Source: Balanoglossus misakiensis
Lineage: Eukaryota; Animalia; Hemichordata
Reading direction: 5' to 3'
Assembly (NCBI GenBank): GCA_040954595.2
Contig: CM082583.2
Location: 8,480,254-8,544,253, forward strand
Length of the DNA: 64,000 bases
Shown: piece by piece, positions 26,674 through 38,900 of the stretch
Layout of the letters: the number at the start of each line of letters is the position of its first letter
Position numbering within the stretch: position 1 is the stretch's first letter
The notes under the pieces: model-generated
Databases searched by the model: none
Seen by the model: only the letters and a program-made list of their open reading frames with translations
Told to the model about the DNA's origin: nothing
Position numbers and translations under genes: made by a program

Positions 26674-29600
26674 TTAACACTTCTGAGAGAGTTTAATGGT
26701 TACCTGCAATAGACACACAGACATGCAGTCAGATAAACCTGAAGCAAATTAAGTGCTGAAGATAACAGCTTTAATTTTCCAGGCACATGCTACCTTAATT
26801 ACAGATTAATGAATTACAGAATGTTATACTTACTGTCTTCACTTCCGTATACTCCTGCATAGCATATTCCCCACTGCAAAATGAATGCATATCAACATGT
26901 TAATTTTCAAGTATAATTCCTCCCTGTCCAAAATACAGGAAAATTTCGTATCCATACACAGCAAGTTTTAAAGGGACTGTGCTATTACTTTCGAGAACTT
27001 CTGACCATTTTTGTTGTCCGAAACACATCTTTTTCAATTCTTGCAGCCCATTGCAACACCAGCATAGTCTGCACACATGTGGTTTTAAGGGATGGGAGAA
27101 AATTCTCCTATGATGCACCACCCATTCACTCTCATTAACATGTCACTGTGAGCATTCTGTGCTACTTACAGCTCTCTCCCGTGACCAGACATCTTATAAC
27201 CCCCAAAAGGAGAACCGGTTCCACAGATATTGTAGGTGTTCACCCTTAAAATAAATCAGAACACATCATCAATAAAATAAAGATCCATCAGTTTTGTGTT
27301 GAGCTAGAGTATGATATTGACATGACACCCTTCACAAAGCTAAGAGCATTTTAGCACTAAATGTTTACGTTACTTCGGTAACATATTCACTTTGCTCATC
27401 GCTGTGTAATATTGCACAGTACCAACTTTAAAGGTTGGTGTGACGTAATTGATGTCTGACACAAACTCACCACACAGTTCCTGCCTGCAAGGCGTTGGAG
27501 ATGGTCAGAGCCTTGTCGATGTCTTTAGTGAAGACTGCAGCAGCCAGACCGTAGTGAGTGTCGTTGGCTCTCTCGATGACCTCCTCCACAGTCTTGAATT
27601 TCAAAATGCTCTGCACTGGACCAAAAATCTTTTGCAAATGAACAAGGAAGTTTAATAAGTGTGGTTAAAAGTTGATGTTTTGTGATCTAATTTGTAATCT
27701 CAATTTATTAAAGTACAAGTAAAATCGTAGGCAACAAGATTAATCGACCAGGATGATTTAGTCATGCCCTGTTTTTCACAAAGCCTATATGAACAAGAAG
27801 GTTCGAAAACAAAGAATTTAATTACTTTAGCCTTATTCATTATTTTCTCTGACACTTTCTCACCTCCTCTCTTGCAATTCTCATTTCATCTTTTACATCA
27901 TAGAAGACGGTCGGTTGGACGAAAAAACCCTTATCACCATGACGATTGCCTCCACATCCAAGCACAGCACCTTCCTTTGATCCACTTTCAATGAGATCCA
28001 TTATCTTATCAAACTGTTTCTGATTGATCTGGGAAGGGAAATATCTAACATTGATGATGTTGATTTTAACAAAAACAAATTAAAAGGTTTACATTTTTCT
28101 TAAAGTTCTAGAGGACGCCCAGAATATGGCAGCCATTTTGAATTTCAGTGAACAGGTTCATTTATAAAAGAAATCACTAGAATTATTCACAAGAAATAAT
28201 TTATTTTTAAGATAAAAACAGAAAATCTGAATTGTTTGGCTAACCTGGGGTCCGGATTCGACATTCTTGTTGACCAGAGGATTATCAACAGTCCGATTCT
28301 TGGCTCGTTCGACGCTGCGTTTGACAAACTCGTCATAAATCTCCTCTTGCACAAAGGTACGGGAACCAGCACAACAGCACTGGCCCATGTTAAAGAACAG
28401 AGCCTCGTGACTGACTAAGACTGCCTCATCCACTGCAAAATAGAGAGAGACAGAGAAATTATCAACTTCTAGTATAAAAGAAGTCATTGTGGATGAAACG
28501 TCCCCGCTGCAGAATTTGTAGTGTCAGAGTTTGTGGGCTATTGGGAATCTGTTTTCGCCCCTTCTAAACGCTGAATATACATGTGTATGCATATATACTT
28601 ACAGTCTTCTGTGTCAGCGAATACAATGTTAGGACTCTTGCCTCCAAGTTCCAACATCACACGTTTCAAATTGCTCTGTGCAGATGCCATCTTCACTATC
28701 TTGCCAACCTAAAACATAGTTTGATGACAAACAGTGTACTGGGTGACTAGTAGGTCTTTACCTGATTACGACATCAAATGCTAAATGACAATTGTGAAAA
28801 TTTCATGAAAGGTGTACAGTTGTTAATGCTGATTGCTCTAGCTCTTCACAAGAAGTGTCTTAATTCCCAATATGTAGTATTTCCACACACACACACAGTG
28901 AATGCAGACATACCTCTACAGATCCAGTGAAGGACACTTTATCCACATCCATGTGCTCTGAAATGGCAGCCCCAGCTGTTGGGCCGTATCCTGGCAACAC
29001 GCTGAGAACTCCTGGTGGGAAGCCAGCCTAGGGTAAAAAGATAAGCAGGATGTGGGATAAAACTTACATACTCCATTCCACCAATGGTTGCATACATTGT
29101 ATGGCCCAGAGACTGACTGAATTATTCACTGTATGGATAAGCTAGGCAAGATTGATGAAAGGAATTAAACCATTTTTTTGACCAGCTGAAGATTTGTCTG
29201 CTTTGGATAGCTGAAATCTAGCTGCCAAACTGTTACACGCCAAGTTAATAGTCTGAACAATGGAAGATATTCATACCTCAACAACAAGAGATGAAATATA
29301 CAGTGCAGTAAGAGGTGTTTCTTCTGATGGTTTTAGAACCAGAGTATTACCACAGGCCAAAGCTGGACCTAATTTCCATCCGAATGTTTCCATCGGGAAG
29401 TTCCACGGAATTATCGCACCACATACTCCGATGGGTTCATGGCGAGTGTAACAGAAAAAGTTTCCATCTGTTGAGAGAATGAATCAAGAATCAATACACA
29501 GACAGTCATGGTGTGGGTGTGCTGTTATATTGATACCTATTGTATTATCACTAAATATAGACAGGGTTAGTACACTATACAAGTGTATTATTGCTAAATA

Positions 29601-31180
29601 AGGATGTGGCGATGTATAATTTCAAATTGATAGATTGTACAGAAAACTTGGACATCATAGTTTAAGCCTGATATAAAATTTGCCGTTTCCTTGCTTACCT
29701 ACTGGAATGGTTTTGCCATGGATTTTGTCGGCAAAGCCGGCAAAATAGCGCAAACATCCCACCAGTCCCGCTGCTTCCCCCACCGCGTCAGAATAAGGCA
29801 TTCCATTATCAAGACTCTCAAGGGTCTGTAAGGGAGTCGTTTTAAAAAAAGATGAGTTACAGTTTTCCACTGCAAATTTACATTATACCATAGCAGTTTA
29901 CTTTCCTTGAATGTGATTTGCCATTCACTGGGTACATCGTTTCAGATTTTCGCTTAATAGGAAATTATGTACATGCTTTTTCACATCATTAGAGAACTTT
30001 TCTCCCATCCCTTAAAACCCCATGTTGTTTTTATAGTGGATGTAGATATACCGGTACTCACAGCCAAGTACTGTGCGTCCCGCTCAACCAGATCAGCCAG
30101 TTTGTTCAGCAGCTTGCCCCTAGCCGATGCGTCCATACTGCGCCATGGTGATCCCAACTGAAAAGCCTTTCTGGCTGCTTTCACAGCCACATCAACATCG
30201 GCCTGAAAAAAGTGACAGATATTATTGAAACTAGTATGTCACACATGTATGCAACATATGTGCCCGACTTGAGGCAGACAGCAAGAAAACCTCCTTGAGT
30301 AACGCCAAGACCCATGTTCAAGTTCAACTGCAATGACATTGAAAACAACATGAAGGTCACTCTTACCTTGTCAGCTTCTTGTATGTCACAGATTTTTTCT
30401 CCCGTCGATGGGTTGATGGTGGGATATGTCTTCCCACTGACTGAATTTACAAATTCATTGTTGATGAAGAGCTTAAGTAATCAACAAAAAAGATTGCTTA
30501 TATAAGTAAGAAAAAATAGTAAATCATGTATGAGATGTACATCACTGGGATAAGCACACACAAGGCATGAACACAAGTAACTACTGCCCACAACAGAGAG
30601 GGCGCCTCAACACAACTGAGGTCAAAGGTCAGGTCATTTCAACAAGTCCATGTTCACAATCGTACACTTTAGGCTTATCACTGGGTCTGAGAAATTTAGG
30701 GAAGTATCATTGGCCCTTTTTATTTGTAAAAAGGGTTTCATCCCCAGTGAAAGTTTCAGTACAATTTGACCATAGTCGGCAATAACTACAAGCAAGTGCA
30801 TTGACCTTGTTTATCCACCCATTTTCCCCCAAAGAATTGTTTCTAGTAAGACAAGTAGCCCAAATTTTTCGTCAAATTGACTGCTACCATATGTTCAGTT
30901 AGTTTGCTAAATATAGCTAGAGCGATATTATTAAGCATACGTGTACCAGCTCGCTAGCTGGTGTAATTTGTATGAGGATTTGCCGTCCAACATTAACAAC
31001 ATCATGAACATGTCCGTGTCCAACCTTGCAACCAACCCCGCCCACTTCAATCCCAACTCCTGCCCTGATTTAGCCTTAGCCTTAGGGATTACTCTCACCA
31101 CCAAAAAGTGACGGGAATATGCCTAAATGAAGACTTACCTGCGTATACTTAATATCAGGCGTTGCCAGCGATTCCGACAT
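26674..31180 (-). CDS. Cytosolic aldehyde dehydrogenase, ALDH1A/retinal dehydrogenase-like, ~493 aa, 13 exons
   Basis: Exons 31180-31139, 30471-30367, 30202-30062, 29825-29699, 29467-29277, 29027-28914, 28708-28603, 28432-28245, 28028-27864, 27628-27471, 27244-27170, 26873-26834, 26703-26674 (1482 nt). Motifs [17 protein letters not shown] (catalytic Glu), [12 protein letters not shown] (catalytic Cys), [15 protein letters not shown]. No mitochondrial leader (starts [18 protein letters not shown]). Confidence 0.95.
27075..27117. repeat. ~40-bp intronic repeat, inverted copy of 29983-30025
   Basis: Reverse complement CATCATAGGAGAATTTTCTCCCATCCCTTAAAACCACATGT matches CATCATTAGAGAACTTTTCTCCCATCCCTTAAAACCCCATGT at ~29984-30025. 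Confidence 0.8.
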
Positions 31181-31705
31181 GGCGCAGCGCTATATGGTGC
31201 TCAATTGCAAAATCTGCTGCAGCTGACACCAAGCTTTTTCCTGGGGTCACCTGTGGAGCTCTACGGGTCACCCGTCCCACCACTCACGACGGCAATCCAC
31301 AGTCACGTGTAAACGGGTGTATCAAAACAAATGAATTATCTCCCACACAACGGACTCAATGAATCCTAACGGGACCAAAATACCTTAGATAATTGTGTCT
31401 GATACCCGACCGGGTCCAAACGGGACCAAAAATCAACTACTATAAAGGGCAAAACTGCCACAGATCCAACGCCAGACACACAGTGACCTCTGCAGTGACC
31501 TGTAACCATTCGAGTGTCTCCGTTGAGGGCGTTATTCAACATGATTTTATTTCAAGTTTTTTTAATAAATGCACCGCAAATCGATTTTGACGTAAAAATG
31601 ATAGCATTAGCAGGTATAAATATCAACACGGAATGGGGGACAATGATTTGATGGGTTGAAATTGAATAAATTTCGTCTTTTTGTGAGCGAAAACCATCTT
31701 TAAAC

Positions 31706-32958
31706 GCGCTTTTAATTGCTAGGTTCATAAGGGAAGTAATTACGATGCTATAAATTCATCATAATTCTCTCATGTATTTGCATGACATTGGTTATTCATC
31801 AACAGTCAGCGTTCGTCATAGTATCGATGAAGTATATGTAACCGATCATATTTTCAAACGTGAAAAACGTCTCAGGATAATTGTACTTAGCACAGTCTGT
31901 CAATTTGACAAGTTTTCACCGCGCCATGAAACATTCTCCCGAAGAAAAATCGTAAAGCTTAAAACATGACGTATTGTCATAACCCAACATGTTATTTTCA
32001 TCTTAACTGTCCAATGAATTATTCAGGGGACTGGTCGCCTTCACATCTGCATTATTAACCAGTTGGCTTAGACATACACTGTGGAAGTTTGACATCATAA
32101 AACGTTCACTTTTAGCGCGAAATAATGAACAAATGCAGATACAGCGCCAAGGGTTTAAAAGTGGCTTTGATCAAAACTGACAGTCAAGCGACTTTACTTC
32201 AACAATATGGACAGTCAGAAAATTATGTCATTATAATGTTATTTGTGAGTTGAACCGAGACGCTGAGAATACATTCGTCTGGATTTAGAGATCAGGTTAA
32301 GCGTCCTCGGCTTGGCGTACTTGTTATTCCTGACAGAGCCTGTCGACGATAACGTCCGACGACGATCTTACCTGTGACAGCCCCCACTCACTCCCGTCTG
32401 TACATTGTTATCCCTCCGGCGATTCGTCTGTTCGTGGGACTGCTCGCTTCCCAACGGGCTTGCTGTGCTGTCGGTGGACGCGTTGGTTGGTTTAATACCG
32501 GGCTCACATCACCGCGTTTCGTCGGAATTACAGGCCCTGTAGTATTTCGGTGGCCTAATTATGTCCGCATAATTAATTAGCTTTGCGCATTTTCGCAGCA
32601 AAGAAAAACTTCAAGCGTGTCGGTTTCCATGGCAAGCGATTAATTATGGCGTGTAGGAAAATGATCGAACTGTGCAACTGCATCATCAAATCCGCCATTT
32701 TTACCAAGATGTCGGACTCGGATGAGTACGGGGAGGACGACGTGTCGGTGACGGAGGTCGCGACGGGTTTAGCCGATAAAACCCTTCACGTGTTGGGCCT
32801 CTGCCACGGCGAGGAGACAAGTTAGTAGCCTCACACACTTGCGCTTTTAATTGCTAGGTTCATAAGGGAAGTAATTACCATGCTAATTCATCATAATTCT
32901 CTCACATGCATTTGCTTGACATTGGTTCTTCGTCACCAATCAGCGTTCTTCGTAGTAT
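31706..32958 (+). repeat. Pair of ~120-bp direct repeats (31706-31823 and 32841-32958)
   Basis: Both begin GCGCTTTTAATTGCTAGGTTCATAAGGGAAGTAATTAC and stay similar through CATCATAATTCTCTCA...GACATTGGTT...TCAGCGTTC...TAGTAT. Confidence 0.85.
32623..32636 (+). promoter_or_regulatory. RFX X-box-like motif upstream of the ANKDD1-like first exon
   Basis: GTTTCCATGGCAAG, one mismatch to the X-box consensus GTNRCCATGGYAAC-type palindrome, ~75 bp upstream of ATG 32709. Confidence 0.45.
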
Positions 32959-35900
32959 TTGCCAGCAATACACGAATGTTATGTTGGGAATTGATGAGTT
33001 GGCTCAGTATTCGCCAACGTGCATTCCCATACTTAACGCTCTTTCCTGACATGGTGGCGACAAAAATGATGCGAAACCGTGTTTCTGTGACTTTAGTCCT
33101 CAGCCAACAGCCAGAGTTCAGATTTACTCTGTAGTTTAGCCGAAACGCCCCCGCTCCTTTTTGTCGTCTGTCACATCATGTCGTGTATGACGGCAGCGCG
33201 GGCATGTCTATCGAACAGGACTTCGAAAAGAGGGACGATGATGATTGACAGAGGGGAACTTTTGTTTTCTGCAGTGCTCAAGACCGAGATGGAGCTGCAC
33301 GAGGCAGCTAGGAAGGGTGACCTTGCCCTTGTGGAGAGTCTGGTCGACCAAGGGGTCAACGTCAACGCCATGAACGAGGTATGTCAAATTTTACTCGCCC
33401 GGTTTAATTTCTAGCACGCAGTCAAGAAGCTGACTTGCATGTACTGTGCATATTATCAAAGGGGCGCAGGTGTTCTGCGGACCGTCGGCATCTGCGCATT
33501 AATTATCGCACGAAGTTATCTCATTTATATTAATCAAAATAATTGCAAACGCAGCAGGCATGTGTAATCCTGGCGGGACAAATTTCCTTGTGTCATAGTT
33601 TGTTTTCAACACTCACATTGTCCAACTTACTCATTTGAGAGTTAAATCACATAAATGTCGGTGTCACCAGCCCACGATTACACTTACCAACGATGTGTTT
33701 CACAGAAGCAGGGAAAACAATTTAACGAAACCTTACCGAAATGAAGACATCGTTGTATTCTCAATTATAAAATAATTTAGTTTTCCATCAGATTCACATA
33801 ACACTTTTATACAAGATCAGTCAGGTTTGCAAAAATTATCGATCCTTCAAAACGTATGAATTATTTACTAAGTTCGTAAACCAGTGCGACTGGGACCCCA
33901 TCCCGTGTAATTGATGTAAGTTCGACGCGCATGTATGACGCGTGACTTGATTAACACAGAAACGAGCGTTTCATACTAATATATCGCCAGAGTATTTCGA
34001 GCTGTCTTCAGTGATGATGTCATCACATTAATTTCTCGGATATGAGCGTTGCACGTGACATGCAAAAGGCGAACAGCCACCATATGAAGTGGAAACTGTT
34101 AAAAATAAACGAAACTTTGATAGGCTAGTTATTATTTTTTTCTCCTAATCATGACATTTTAACTCTCTTTTTTATACTTCCACACTTTTTGATGCACAGA
34201 AAGATCGAACGGCTCTCCAACTTGCTTCTGGACAAGGTCACGTGGAGATCGTGAAAACTTTACTGGACGCCGATGCAAAAGTGGACGCAGAAGACAAGGT
34301 TAATTAAAATCAATCTTTTCTTATAATACAATCGATTCATTCTGACTCGTCTACGTGGTATAAATCCCAATAAATTTCAGAACGCAAAATCCTTACAAAA
34401 TTCATCATTTGCCCCCCCCCCTCATAAAGTTCATTATTGTGTCTTATATATGTTCGTTTGAATTAACCCAATAGTTCGGGATGAATGCCCTCTTGTGGGC
34501 AGCATGGTTTGGCAAACAGGAAGCTTTACATGCCCTGATCGTCGGAGGTGCCCGGATCAAGTGCGAAAACAAGGTAAGATCTCGGTAAAGCAGGGTACAC
34601 AAAAGTGACATCACAGCACGGACTTCTCACTACTAATTTTCGTCGCAGTGGACATCCTGCGAGAATTAACTTCATCGTTCACACACGCTTTCTGTGGATT
34701 CATATCAACAAAAGTCAAGCTTAAGAAATCTAAAATGAATGTTTGTACCACCACCACAACCACCTGTTCACCACCATGTCAGTCGTCAGCTTACGCCAAA
34801 ACAAAGTCTTCAATTGAAAATTTATATTTTTCGCCAGGGAGTAGTTGAGTAGTTGTTGCAAGCACAAAACAAACATTCGTCTATGTTTAATGGATTGTGC
34901 TCGCAGAGAGAATATTACTCATCATGCTTTCGTGTTTTATTTCCCACAGCAAGGCCTTAGTTTACTTCACTGTGCGGCCCTGCGCGGCCATCTCAACGTC
35001 GTCAAATACGTGGTCGAGCAGCTCATGCAAGACGAACCTATGAATCCAGATAAAATACTGACACTTGACGACAAGGAAGAAAAGGTGGGTGTTTCCCGCA
35101 TGCGCATACATTTATCTTCCTATCGGTTCTATCATTTTTATCATTTCTTGGGAATTCAAAACATACACACAAATTTTGACGTCATAGAGTGTTATCTTTG
35201 TAGGCCTCGTTAAACCAGCCAGAAAGATAGTAGTTGTTCTGATCGTAAAAGGCTCGACGCCATATTGAAAGCCTTCAACCTGCCGAACTGAATCTTGAAA
35301 AATTGTTTTTAATTGATTTTGGCTTATTATACAGCATAATTAATTCTGGACACTATTCTTTTGCAACATTAGACTATTGTCATTGTATAATATACTACCT
35401 TCAGCAGACATTATTAGAATGTCATTGAAATCGGGACAGTCGATTCTCGACGGAGTGACATTCGTAATTTTAAGTTTATAGATGTAACATACCCATGAGA
35501 AAACCATATCATGTTTAATTTATCTTGATAAGTCGATTTAAAATTGGCATTGCATAGTTTCGGTCCCAGTTCGTCTAGAATCAAAAATATGTCATTATGG
35601 ACAAAAGAAGCGGGTTGATTTGCTTATAATACATGAAGTTGAATTTTTGGACACATTGGCATTCACCAAACTCACATGTAGCACCGTGTGACTGTTCTGA
35701 GATGGCGACGTCTTTTGGACATCTAACTACATGTACAATGAAACGACAATCAATGTTGCTTTTCAATGATTATATTCGTCTTTATACAAGTACAGTACGG
35801 GGTTAACGGTCACTGAGACCTTTCGCGTTTGCGGGGATATTCACAACTCACCCGTCAACATTTTCTTTCCGTTTCAAGCTCACGCCCTACTAATAACACG

Positions 35901-38900
35901 CATCCTCTGACGTCACTGATATCGGCAGGTGTCGTCGCCGCCCGTTTATCGGCGTCGACAAGCTCCCGCCAAAAAGAAGGGTAAATGGCGTGGACTGGAT
36001 CAGTCCGAAAAGTTAGAAAGGTCTCACTTAAACTTGCCAGCTAATGATAACCAGGTATATAGGCTGGTCTTGCGGTTGATTTTCTGGCGACCAGTGCATT
36101 TTGCGATTTCCTAGAGTGTTCTATCTCTCCTCGCATACTCACTCTGTATTGCATTTAACTGGATGTTTTTGATAACACTCTTCGTGGGCACTAACCAGCA
36201 CTAACCACTATATACTGACAGTACTGTGAACACCCGAACCTGACTTCTTCATACAATCACCAGACACGTGACGAGTCACTACTGTAAAAGCATTAATATT
36301 TCACTGGGTTTTAATGTCGCTATTTCCGTTAATTGACAAAATCTGCTAAAATTAAAATACCAGCGAAGATGTAAATAAGATGTAAATAAGAATTCGTTGG
36401 TTCATAACCAAAAAAACACAAGTGTACCCTACGGCCAAACGCCGAAACAGTGAAATTAGATGCCAGTGAAAATTAAACCTTTACAATGTTTATATCTATT
36501 GCTTGATATCTGCGTAATTATTAATCCTTGTCATTTGATATTGATCAGCTGGAGCTAGACTTGGGCCAACCACCGCAAAGAATAATAAATCCACACCGAG
36601 AGATATATCGCGGCGATATGTTATATCTGATGCAATTATCAAATACTGCAATCAAAAATTAATGCCGCAACTGGCGTCACTGTTGCTGTGTATAGCTAGA
36701 TTCATAAAAGATTAGAACTGGTTCATGATGGATTTTTAAATTGGCAGTTTTGCATTGATTAATAATATGAATACAAACATAATATCACTTCATGTCTGTT
36801 CTGTCACCATACACGATCTTTCTCATTTCTGTTGCTTGTCGTTCACATGAATTTAATGCGATATGGTTTGGTGTGATCTGATCTGATATGGTTTGGAGTT
36901 GAACGTTATAACAGTTGAACTAACAGAAATTTCAATTACTTATTCATAGCTATATCTTGTCCGTCCGGCTTTGCCTGTTAAAATGTCACACAATTGAAGG
37001 TTGTTAGTGTTCTCACTGCCAACAACAGTACCCAAAATTTGGCGACTTCTCATGAAATTCAATTCCGGGAAACTATACTCCCACTCCAGGGAGATGACGA
37101 AATGTTATACATATGATTTCTTTACACCCTTTGTCATCGACAGGGAGGGCGGACGCCTGTGCATCTAGCAGCGGAATATGGAAGAGTTGGTGTGGTTGAC
37201 TACTTGATTAACGCTGGTGCACAGAAAATGGCCCATTCTCGGGTAAGGAATATCGCGTATTTCGCGAAAATTTATCGCTCGCGAAAATAACCCGTTTTAC
37301 ACTGCAGTTATAGTACTTCATCGGTGAAACCGCGGCGATGGTATGCATATTCCGTTACCCTGACAGCGGGTAGACCGGCGCAATCTCACATGTTTTGTTC
37401 TTTTCATTTTGTAGCTGGGCATGGCCAGTCTTCACTTCGCTGCCAGAGGAGGTCACCAAGGTGTCGTCATCCTATTGATAAAAGCCGGTGTGGATATAGA
37501 TGCGCGCGATAATGTAAGTACACGCAATTAGATGATTTTCTTCCACCCATTGCGAGATCTACCGTAGCAAGTAATACAAATCCAGCTTGGTATAAACTAG
37601 AATAGCTGCAGTGTTTATCTTTTGAGAGAAAATTGTAACTTTTGAGCCGTATAACACGATGGGAGCAGACATGTTTGTCCTGTTTCACATGAGAATGTCG
37701 TCCCATATAAATGAGTAGAGTCCAAGAAATGATCTATTCACAGTCCCTCCACACAGTGGAACTGTGGTCCATTGATGATTAATATGCGTGTGAGATGAGA
37801 CCCGTGAGGGCACCTGCAGGTACATTTGTTTGGCGTGTGTATAATGCATAATTCCTAACATCCAATCTACAGGACGGAAAAACCCCACTCCACTATGCTG
37901 CCGAGGAGGGACATGCGCACACCGTCGAAACATTGATTCAGAGCGGCGCGGACATCAATGCTGAAACTTATGTAAGTGCCAATATGTCGCTCATCTTCTT
38001 GTAGCTTGTTCCTGGATTCTTGATGGTGTGAAGGTTCAATTTGTGCGAAGACGCACGCGCTTTCTCGTTTTTTTTTAAATTTAAGCTAATAAATGCTTCA
38101 TGTTTTCTTTGGATAAATTGTGTTTTCCAGCGTGTGTTTATTGAGGATGTCCCTGTTATAGAGGATGAGGTATTTAAGATTCCGTGTATATGATGTCAGG
38201 GTGTATATCTCTCGTTTATCGTTGGTGGCGGTGTATAGTGTATGGGATATGATATACACTGTACGGTTCGCTAGCAAAGTGGGGTTGATGTTATATACAT
38301 TAGAAGCACCTGGTGTATTGGTTGTTCGAGGTGTACAAATGAATTAGTCTAGACTTCTGCATGAAGGGTGGATTGGTTTGGAACGATACTTTCCTCTTCA
38401 GTCTTTGTTGGAACACCACAACTTTGTCAAAATCACCGACCAAGGTGTTTTAAAAGTTACGTTAATTTTTGAGATTTTGAGCACTTGGTGAATTGTAATC
38501 AGATGTCTGACCACTTGTATAATCCAACCGCGTATTGTTAACATAATTCGCGGTAGGTGTAAATTGTAAGGCGTATTCGCACAGTACAGTACAGTGCAGT
38601 CGGTCATTTTTATGATAGCTACAAAGGGTTGGGTTGGTGATATACTTTTTTCAGTTTGCACATGTGACATTTGAAATGCAGACGAGTGCATTTGCGTACA
38701 TGCTATTTTCGTCAGCACCAGGGGACGATTTGATGGTCTGACAATCAGGGGCTCTGATGTTTATAATATGGTCAAACCGTTAGAAATACTGCCGTGTTTA
38801 CTTCAAACGAATTTTTCTGTTTAATGTTGGGTTTATGCATTTTTCATTTTTTTATCGCTCATATGGCGAAAAACAGGAGGCAACCGTAAGTGCAGGCGCA

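Noticed and set aside
36549-36662. Possible alternative terminal exon of ANKDD1 (LELDLGQPPQRIINPHRE...)
   Set aside because: Only an acceptor and a short open frame; no further support from sequence.
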